IMG/VR virus record: IMGVR_UViG_3300027741_000001
DNA: 64,000 nt
Strand: one strand, 5' to 3'
DNA from: a virus
Shown here: piece by piece, positions 8,566 to 14,888 of the stretch
Layout: every line of letters starts with the position of its first letter
How positions within the stretch are numbered: position 1 is the stretch's first letter
Position numbers and translations under genes: made by a program
The notes under the pieces: model-generated
Databases searched by the model: none
The model's input: the letters and a program-made list of their open reading frames with translations, nothing else
What the model was told of the DNA's origin: nothing

Positions 8566-8593
8566 TAAGCCTTTTATACACTTGCTTAGGTGT
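8566..8593 (-). ncRNA. 28-nt pseudoknot repeat, copy 5
   Basis: ACAC-CUAAGCAA-GUGU-AUAAAA-GGCUUA; compensatory change in P2 (UAAGC/GCUUA). Confidence 0.8.
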
Positions 8594-8594
8594 G

Positions 8595-8660
8595 GAGCAA
8601 GGGAGAAATGAGAGAAACCCTTGCTCGTTGGCAGTAGTGTTAGGGGGGACTAACTGCCAA
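8595..8660 (-). ncRNA. Tandem hairpins with anti-RBS loops (candidate antisense RNA)
   Basis: Stems GAGCAAGGG/CCCUUGCUC and UUGGCAGU/ACUGCCAA; loops UUUCUCUCAUUUCU and GUCCCCCCUAAC complementary to initiation regions at 4180-4193 and 3977-3986. Confidence 0.6.
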
Positions 8661-8668
8661 GCTTGTTT

Positions 8669-8950
8669 TTAGTCTGGTGTCGGGTCATAGCAATTATCGC
8701 AATAACCGATTTTGTCGCTTACAGCATAGCGTTCAGCGTCAATGAGTGGATTATTCTCGTCTATCTGTGCCTTACACAACGGACATCTCTCAACAACTTC
8801 ATTATTGTTGATAAGCATTTCTAGATCGTGTAAAGCTTGTTCGGCACTAATCTCCTTGGAGTAGTAGTCGTTGTAAATAGCCTTTACTGCTTTCTGCTCA
8901 ACTTCGTTCATTTCCATTTTCTGCTCCTTGTTTTTCGGTGGTAGTTCCAC
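8669..8950 (-). CDS. Hypothetical protein with C-terminal Zn finger paralogous to 3983..4189
   Basis: CPLC...NPLIDAERY...GYCDNCYDPTP; likely start MEMNEV after AAGGAG. Confidence 0.75.
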   Translation of the reverse strand: MELPPKNKEQKMEMNEVEQKAVKAIYNDYYSKEISAEQALHDLEMLINNNEVVERCPLCKAQIDENNPLIDAERYAVSDKIGYCDNCYDPTPD

Positions 8951-8951
8951 T

Positions 8952-9260
8952 TTACTCGGCTTGATTACTTTTTGTCAAGTTTTCTTTTAGATTAGAAATC
9001 TTGTCTGCTGTCCAAGGGCTATGATTACACTCGCAATGTGGTTTTACCCACTCCCTAGCAATACCGGCAGGGTCGTTGAAACAAGTATCATCTATGTCAT
9101 CTTGGAAACAACGGAGCATAAAGTCGGTGGTCTTTCCACACACTCCACAGCAATACTCAATAACTTCAAGCTTGTGTCCTATGTGGTTGCTTAGGTAGTC
9201 ATTGAAATAGAAACTTTTTGGATCACTAAAATCGCCTTTCGGCTTTCCCTGTTCGGTCAT
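8952..9260 (-). CDS. Cys/His-rich hypothetical protein
   Basis: 3' part of ORF 8952..9338; likely start MTEQGK overlapping upstream stop (ATGA). Confidence 0.6.
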   Translation of the reverse strand: MTEQGKPKGDFSDPKSFYFNDYLSNHIGHKLEVIEYCCGVCGKTTDFMLRCFQDDIDDTCFNDPAGIAREWVKPHCECNHSPWTADKISNLKENLTKSNQAE

Positions 9261-9439
9261 TTTTTCTTTGCTTTCTTGATAGTTAGTTTTACTTCTACGC
9301 TGTAAAAGCGTTCTACAACTTCCCTTGCTGTTTCCCAATAGCCTAAGTCTATGGCGGTTTCTCGGTGAGTTCTAACTAACTCGTCTGCTAGGCGTTCTAG
9401 TAGTTCATCATTGGTTAGGTGTTTTACATACTTGGTCAT
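9257..9439 (-). CDS. Hypothetical protein
   Basis: ORF track with promoter and leader. Confidence 0.65.
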   Translation of the reverse strand: MTKYVKHLTNDELLERLADELVRTHRETAIDLGYWETAREVVERFYSVEVKLTIKKAKKK

Positions 9440-9552
9440 TTTTCTACTTTCATTTTCGGTGGTATCTCTACCTTACCACTTTTCTCGGTAAAAAGTAAAT
9501 CCCCTAATCCAAACTCTCGGTTCGGTTTATTAGGGGATCGCTTTTTTAGTTC

Positions 9553-9855
9553 TTAGACAAGCTTTATGTATTCGTATTCGGTTGTTCTTAGGCACTCGTC
9601 AAACGCAACAGGGAACTTCTCTTTCATCAAGGCACGATCAAAACTTGTGTTCTTTCCTGCCTGTAAAACATACGAACCCTGTCCAGCAACAACTCCACGC
9701 TTGGCACCATTTAGAGCCTGTGCCAAGATTTCGGTAGCCTGTGCCTTTTGTGTTTCTAGTTCTGCCATTTGGAGCTTGATAGTTTTTAGCAGGGCATAAG
9801 CTTCTTTTGCTTTTTTGCTTGTGATTTTTACTTCTTGTGGTTCTTGATTTTCCAT
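9553..9855 (-). CDS. Hypothetical phage protein (coiled coil plus beta domain)
   Basis: Own promoter (9936), AAGGAAG RBS, terminator-like hairpin 9499-9538. Confidence 0.7.
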   Translation of the reverse strand: MENQEPQEVKITSKKAKEAYALLKTIKLQMAELETQKAQATEILAQALNGAKRGVVAGQGSYVLQAGKNTSFDRALMKEKFPVAFDECLRTTEYEYIKLV

Positions 9856-9969
9856 TTATTTACTTCCTTAGTTCTGTGCCGATTTCGGCTATTGGAACTT
9901 CCAATACTTCTAACTTAGTCTTTTCTCTAATCTAAGTCAAGTTTATTTTCATTTATTTTTTCGGTGTGT

Positions 9970-10239
9970 CTAACTATTTTCTAAATAGCTTTGATACTGC
10001 TCTGTTCTTTCTATTACCCTGATCAGTTTTTTATTGTTGGTTAGGGTAGCAAAATCCATTAGACACTCGGCTCGGTTGTAATACTTTTTTGTTTTTATCC
10101 AAGCTCCGTTTAGTGTTCGGTAAGTCAGGCTTGCTCTAATCTCTGCTCCATACTCGGCAGAATAAGTAAGCTCTAACTTTGTCTTAGCGTTCTCTATTTT
10201 CCAGATCGCTATTCTTGATAGTTCGTAATCAACTTTCAC
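9970..10239 (-). CDS. Hypothetical protein
   Basis: Coupled to upstream gene (GTGA overlap). Confidence 0.6.
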   Translation of the reverse strand: MKVDYELSRIAIWKIENAKTKLELTYSAEYGAEIRASLTYRTLNGAWIKTKKYYNRAECLMDFATLTNNKKLIRVIERTEQYQSYLENS

Positions 10240-10619
10240 TTGGTTTCCCCTTTTTTCATCTCGGCTTTTTCTAGTCTAGTAGCCGATACTAAAACCTGAA
10301 TTTTGTTTCCGTCTGCCAAGCTTAGTCCTAAGCAGTTTCCGTTAGTATCAGTTCCACCTGTAAGGATTACATTACCAACGATTATGTCCGTAGCTCCAAA
10401 ATAATAATTCCAAATAGCAGTTGCTCTGTGGTTGTAAGGTAGTCCGTCTAGTTTGCCTTCCTCGTTTGTCCACATAGTCATAGTTGGCGATAATCTAACG
10501 ATCTCTAAATAACCGCCAACGACTTCCTTGATAACTTCGTATTCGGTTTCGGCAGTAAAGCTCACAACTTCTAGTTCCCCTGCTGTCTTGATAATTAGGG
10601 CTTGCTTTTGATTTTCCAT
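10236..10619 (-). CDS. DUF3846-like protein
   Basis: VVGGYLEIV...NEEGKLDGLPYNHRAT...IVGNVILTG motif set. Confidence 0.8.
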   Translation of the reverse strand: MENQKQALIIKTAGELEVVSFTAETEYEVIKEVVGGYLEIVRLSPTMTMWTNEEGKLDGLPYNHRATAIWNYYFGATDIIVGNVILTGGTDTNGNCLGLSLADGNKIQVLVSATRLEKAEMKKGETK

Positions 10620-10733
10620 TTTTTTCCTTTTTGTCGGGATAGTTCCATTGTTCCAAATAGGTATCGGTAAGTCAAGTATTTCGGCAAAAAAAAATTCGCC
10701 AAGTTTTTAGCCTGACGAATTCTTTTCGGTTGC

Positions 10734-11141
10734 CTAATCTCTGGTCAAATCCTCAATAGTGTCGGCTGGTGGCTCTGTGTGGCTACTAGGTTTCGCTGTT
10801 CTGCTGAAAGTGCTGTTGCCATAGGTCAAGTCGTGTCCAATTGTTTCTGCTTCTATCTCAACGCTTGTTCCTGCTCGTTCGCCATTGTCCCAATCACGAA
10901 CACGCAACTTACCTGAAACGATTACACGATCGCCTTTGCTAACACTTGTAGCAACATTTACCGCTAATGTTCTAAACGCAGTAATGGTGAACCAATTTGT
11001 GTCGCTATCAACCCAACGATTTTGTGTTCTATCCCAACGCCTGATACTACTTGCTAGACGGAAACTTGTAATCTCTAATCCGTCTTGCGTTACTATGTGG
11101 CGTGGTGTTGTTGCTACTAGCCCTGTTGTTATGTATTCCAT
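10734..11141 (-). CDS. ssb: Single-stranded DNA-binding protein (actinobacterial type)
   Basis: ITSFRLAS..RRWD...WVD..TNWFTITAFRTLA.NVA.S..KGDRVIVSGKLRVRDW...SVEIEAETIGHDL OB fold. Confidence 0.92.
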   Translation of the reverse strand: MEYITTGLVATTPRHIVTQDGLEITSFRLASSIRRWDRTQNRWVDSDTNWFTITAFRTLAVNVATSVSKGDRVIVSGKLRVRDWDNGERAGTSVEIEAETIGHDLTYGNSTFSRTAKPSSHTEPPADTIEDLTRD

Positions 11142-11172
11142 TTTATTCCTTTGTTATCGGTGGTTTTTTTGG

Positions 11173-11200
11173 TAAGCAGTTTAGATACTTGCTTAGGTAT
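11173..11200 (-). ncRNA. 28-nt pseudoknot repeat, copy 6
   Basis: AUAC-CUAAGCAA-GUAU-CUAAAC-UGCUUA; compensatory changes in P1 and P2. Confidence 0.8.
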
Positions 11201-11237
11201 TTAGGCGTTTGCCTATGGTCTTAGTTTAGTGGTTTCA

Positions 11238-11756
11238 CTAACAAATCTCAAATCCACCACTATCGGTTAGAAACTCGGCAAACTCTTTTATGTCATCAAG
11301 CTCCAAATCGTAGTTAGTTTCCCAACTATCTTTCTTGCCCTCGCCATTACAACCATTACACCAACCCTTTTCTCTACCTAAGAGAATAGCCAAATCCGGT
11401 GCTAATTCACGATCAGACATTTTGTTCTCAACGCCAACCTTGTCGGTTCTAATACCTGTGCCTTGACACCACTCGCAATTTTCTCTTGGCAAAAGTGATA
11501 AGTGTATGTTTCTTGCTTTTACATAAGTGCTTGCTGTTCCGTCAGACAAATCTTTTACAAGCAAGCGAGCAAGCTCCACGCTGTCGTTAGCGTCAAGTCC
11601 ATCACCATCGTTAGTGTGTCCGTTCTTTACCTTGCCAGCAAGGTCTGTGTGTCGGTCTAGGCAGTAGTCCCATAGTGGTCGCCAGCCCCATACATTTCTA
11701 CGGAAGTAAGTTCCCTTTTCGCTTTTTGGATTTTTTCCATAAACATCCATACCCAT
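11238..11756 (-). CDS. Hypothetical phage protein with DnaJ-type Zn motifs
   Basis: YFRRNVWGWRPLW; CEWCQGTG and CNGCNGEG; C-terminal FL..SGGFEIC. Confidence 0.75.
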   Translation of the reverse strand: MGMDVYGKNPKSEKGTYFRRNVWGWRPLWDYCLDRHTDLAGKVKNGHTNDGDGLDANDSVELARLLVKDLSDGTASTYVKARNIHLSLLPRENCEWCQGTGIRTDKVGVENKMSDRELAPDLAILLGREKGWCNGCNGEGKKDSWETNYDLELDDIKEFAEFLTDSGGFEIC

Positions 11757-11813
11757 TTTTGATTTCCTTTCAGTCGGGTTATGTTTCCAAATTACCAGCT
11801 AATCAGATACAAG

Positions 11814-11957
11814 TCAAGTTTCTTTACAAAACTTTTCGTGGATTTTCCAAAACAAGTTATCAACTCCACGCCACCACCAGAAGTAATACCACCGATTAGC
11901 GTGAGCATACATTTTACAAACTAGGGGTCTGCCCTTACAGATTTCGCAGTTGATCAC
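11814..11957 (-). CDS. Small Trp/Cys-rich protein (47 aa, not in ORF track)
   Basis: GTG start overlapping upstream stop; MINCEICKGRPLVCKMYAHANRWYYFWWWRGVDNLFWKIHEKFCKET. Confidence 0.5.
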   Translation of the reverse strand: MINCEICKGRPLVCKMYAHANRWYYFWWWRGVDNLFWKIHEKFCKET

Positions 11958-12253
11958 TTATCAAGCTTTATCTTGTAGTGGTTCGGCACTAGGTCATTTA
12001 GGTCAAACATAAACTCTAAGCTGTCGTATTGGTCTAGGTTCTCGTCAAGCCACTCCTCAAAATCCGGTGTGTATTTGATGTTGGTGATTAGCCAATAGCC
12101 CTCGTCAATTTCCATTTGACACCATTGTTCAGTTCCTCGCCACTCAAACCAAATCTGTCTGCCAGCGTTTTCTAGCCAAGCTCCCTCAACTTTTGTAATG
12201 ACTACATCAGGGATAAAGTTGTTGTCCTCGTTGGCGTATAGATCGTATTTCAT
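11954..12253 (-). CDS. Acidic hypothetical protein
   Basis: AAAGGAAAT RBS. Confidence 0.7.
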   Translation of the reverse strand: MKYDLYANEDNNFIPDVVITKVEGAWLENAGRQIWFEWRGTEQWCQMEIDEGYWLITNIKYTPDFEEWLDENLDQYDSLEFMFDLNDLVPNHYKIKLDK

Positions 12254-12278
12254 AGATTTCCTTTTCTAAGAAGTTAGG

Positions 12279-12306
12279 TGAGCAGTTTATCAACTTACTC
12301 AGGTTT
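12279..12306 (-). ncRNA. 28-nt pseudoknot repeat, copy 7
   Basis: AAAC-CUGAGUAA-GUUG-AUAAAC-UGCUCA. Confidence 0.7.
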
Positions 12307-12604
12307 AGCATTTTTTTCTTTTAGGGAGAGAGAATAAAATACAAAAAAAGAAAACCGGATAGTTATTACCATCAACTCCAATAGGGCTACAATTTTTAGG
12401 TCTGGAAGTCAAGACCCTTAGTTTTTTCTCTTGCTAAGGAACAAGCGTAGTTTAGCGACATACATTGGTCGGATTTCACTAGGTTTTCAGGGTAGTAATC
12501 CCCATACCACCAACACTTGTTCCTGAACGGACACCTCTGGTTCTCCACCTAAAACTAAGACTTCTAGGTTTAGGTTTCGGTATGCCTAGCAAAAGTTTAT
12601 TTAG

Positions 12605-13030
12605 TTATTCCTCATAAGGATTATAGTCCTGTTCGGGCGATAACTCAAATCTAAAACTAGCTCCGTATTCATCGTGGCTTGATCGGGTAATTACCATTTC
12701 CTTTTCAGGCGTAATCTCAACCCTTAGCGTGTAATCGCCATTTATGGCAAGAGCTTTTAGTAAGTCCTTAGCAGGAACTTCTGTCCAACCACTCGTGTTG
12801 TCCCAATTCATTTTCTCGCCAACAACTCTGATGATCGTGTCCTCGTCCCAACCCTTACTGTTCAGGTATGGCATTAGAAACTCGTCTGTGAAGTATTGCT
12901 TATCGTCCTCAAAACAACCGAAACACTCGTCACTCCAAGTCATTTCGCCTGTTGTTTCGTCCTCAACCTCGCAAGAGCAAGTGTTAGACATTTTCATTTC
13001 TGTTGCCTGTGGTTCAGTTTCTTTATCCAT
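12605..13030 (-). CDS. Acidic hypothetical phage protein
   Basis: GAAAGGAAAT RBS; CSC...CFGC, SHD motif. Confidence 0.75.
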   Translation of the reverse strand: MDKETEPQATEMKMSNTCSCEVEDETTGEMTWSDECFGCFEDDKQYFTDEFLMPYLNSKGWDEDTIIRVVGEKMNWDNTSGWTEVPAKDLLKALAINGDYTLRVEITPEKEMVITRSSHDEYGASFRFELSPEQDYNPYEE

Positions 13031-13061
13031 TTTGATTTCCTTTCAGTTGGATAAGTTCAGT

Positions 13062-13346
13062 TTATAGACTTACAAGCTGTTCGTCAAGTTCTATCGGCAA
13101 GTAGTTTGGAACTCCACCACACATAACCATACCGATTTTGATTACCAGATCACTAGGCTCAATAGCCAAACATTGAGCAACCTCTATCAGCATTTCACTA
13201 CTGACTTCTTTGCGAGCTTTTTCTATTTCCCATAGGTAAGTAAGCGAGATACGCCCTGATCCTCTATTTACTGTTTGGCGTAGCGTGAGCTGTTTGTCTT
13301 GCCGGTATTCAGCGATTATGTGTCCTAGTGCTTGTCTAAATAGCAT
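13062..13346 (-). CDS. ClgR-like XRE-family regulator
   Basis: LFRQALGHII..YR....LTLRQ...ISLTYLWEIEKARKEVSSEML closely follows the actinobacterial ClgR pattern. Confidence 0.75.
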   Translation of the reverse strand: MLFRQALGHIIAEYRQDKQLTLRQTVNRGSGRISLTYLWEIEKARKEVSSEMLIEVAQCLAIEPSDLVIKIGMVMCGGVPNYLPIELDEQLVSL

Positions 13347-13416
13347 TTCATTTTCCTATTCGTTTAGTGGTTTATTCAGCCTATACCCCTGTGTCAAGTT
13401 TTGTCAAGTTTTAGAG

Positions 13417-13527
13417 AGGGACTAGGTAAGAAAAAGAACCACCAAAAATTTACCTAGTCCCTGAACGGATAGTTAGAGAGGCATAGCGTCTATCCGTTAT
13501 CGGTGAGAGAAAGCATAAACTCACCGA
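13417..13527 (-). ncRNA. Array of three long-loop hairpins in a 3' UTR
   Basis: Perfect stems AGGGACTAGGTAA/TTACCTAGTCCCT, AACGGATAG/CTATCCGTT, TCGGTGAG/CTCACCGA with 12-20 nt loops. Confidence 0.6.
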
Positions 13528-13535
13528 AGTTTGTT

Positions 13536-14423
13536 TTATTCTAGCGTAGGAACTTCACTATTCAGGGTCGGGTATTGTCTAACTCCCTGATCGTCAAGAA
13601 CCCAAGCTGTCGTTTCATCAAGAACTTCCATTTGCTCGTCAGGGTCGTTCCCCTGTTCCATAGCAAGCTCGTAAGCGTTCTCTGCTGTGTTAGTTCTTAC
13701 TCGGTAAGACTTCTGAATAACAACAATGAACTCTTGTTCATCTCTCGGACAGTCCTTATACCACTCGTCCTCGTCGCTGTCGTTGGCACACCTACAACTG
13801 TCCTCTTGGTCGCTATCGACATAGTCCTTGTGGCTTTGTGGTATGTCCCACTCTTTGTCGATACCATAACTTCCACCTGATCCTGAAAACTCTGCTCCCC
13901 AGCCTTGTTCCTCGGTTGAGTGTAAGTGGAAATGTAGTTCGGGGTGTTGCTGAACCATAGCCCTAAATACAGGTTCAGGGATAGACCAAGCAGTAGAAAA
14001 AGTGTAGCTCAAACTTCTAGTGAGATCGTCTATCTCGTCAAGTTCGGGTGAAACACACTCATCACTAGCGTCCCACTTAGTTCCCCAGTTGCTACTGTTC
14101 CAGCTATACCAGTCATCAGAAGTTTCCTTACTCTCGCCAGTAAAACCTACTCCCTCAACAAAACCAGTAGTTCCGAAATAATCGCCCAGGCTATCTGTCG
14201 GTGGTGCTATGAAGTTCCAAAAAGACATAGGACTTTCATCTGACATTACAGTCAAAATCTTTCGGTCTTTGTCCTCTACCTTAGTAGTAGTTTTGTCCTC
14301 GTTGCGTATCCAGCTTTCAGATAGCCAGCGAGTTTCGTGTTGTTGGCTTGCCTTAGTAGCAAACTTTTTCAGTTCAGCAGGTTCGCCTGAAACAGTTAGA
14401 GAGTTATAGACCCAGTTAGGCAT
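13536..14423 (-). CDS. DUF1281/Api92-like ferredoxin-fold protein
   Basis: MPNWVYNSL, WYSWNSSNWGTKWD, FSTAWSIP motifs. Confidence 0.8.
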   Translation of the reverse strand: MPNWVYNSLTVSGEPAELKKFATKASQQHETRWLSESWIRNEDKTTTKVEDKDRKILTVMSDESPMSFWNFIAPPTDSLGDYFGTTGFVEGVGFTGESKETSDDWYSWNSSNWGTKWDASDECVSPELDEIDDLTRSLSYTFSTAWSIPEPVFRAMVQQHPELHFHLHSTEEQGWGAEFSGSGGSYGIDKEWDIPQSHKDYVDSDQEDSCRCANDSDEDEWYKDCPRDEQEFIVVIQKSYRVRTNTAENAYELAMEQGNDPDEQMEVLDETTAWVLDDQGVRQYPTLNSEVPTLE

Positions 14424-14749
14424 TACTTACCCCATTTCTTTCTCTTACTAGCAGGGTGTCGCATTTGAGAAATCATTTTTGTAATGACTTCGTGGTGTTC
14501 CATTTCGCAAGTGATAACTATGTCGTTTAGTTCCTGATCACCTAACTTTTCAGCTAGAAGTTTCATAGGCTCAAATGCTCTGTAAATAGCAGGGTTAGGC
14601 ATTTCAGCCTGAACTAATGCTGATGAAATCGCACAAAAAATTTGGATAGCAGTCGCAGCTACATCTTGTGGTTCGTTGATTTCATTTTGGATAACAGACA
14701 ATAAGCTCTCGTCCTCGTTATTGTGATCGTGTGTCGGGTTATCGCACAT
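14423..14749 (-). CDS. Hypothetical protein
   Basis: Own promoter (14809), GAAAGGA RBS. Confidence 0.7.
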   Translation of the reverse strand: MCDNPTHDHNNEDESLLSVIQNEINEPQDVAATAIQIFCAISSALVQAEMPNPAIYRAFEPMKLLAEKLGDQELNDIVITCEMEHHEVITKMISQMRHPASKRKKWGK

Positions 14750-14888
14750 TTGGCAGTTCCTTTCATTTCTCGGTTGTAGTTCTAATTTACTTTGCTTTAT
14801 ACAACTTTGTCAAGTTCCTTTTTTATTTTTTTATTCCGAACAAGTCAAGAGAAAGGAAATGAAAACTTGACCTGCTCGGAACTTTATG

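Noticed and set aside
3479-12306. 28-nt repeats as a CRISPR array
   Set aside because: Copies are dispersed hundreds to thousands of bp apart with genes between them; no regular spacers and no cas operon
12445-12472. Possible eighth pseudoknot copy (CGAC-CAAUGUAU-GUCG-CUAAAC-UACGC)
   Set aside because: P2 is weak and its 3' strand fits better in the 12-bp helix of the larger structure; left uncounted
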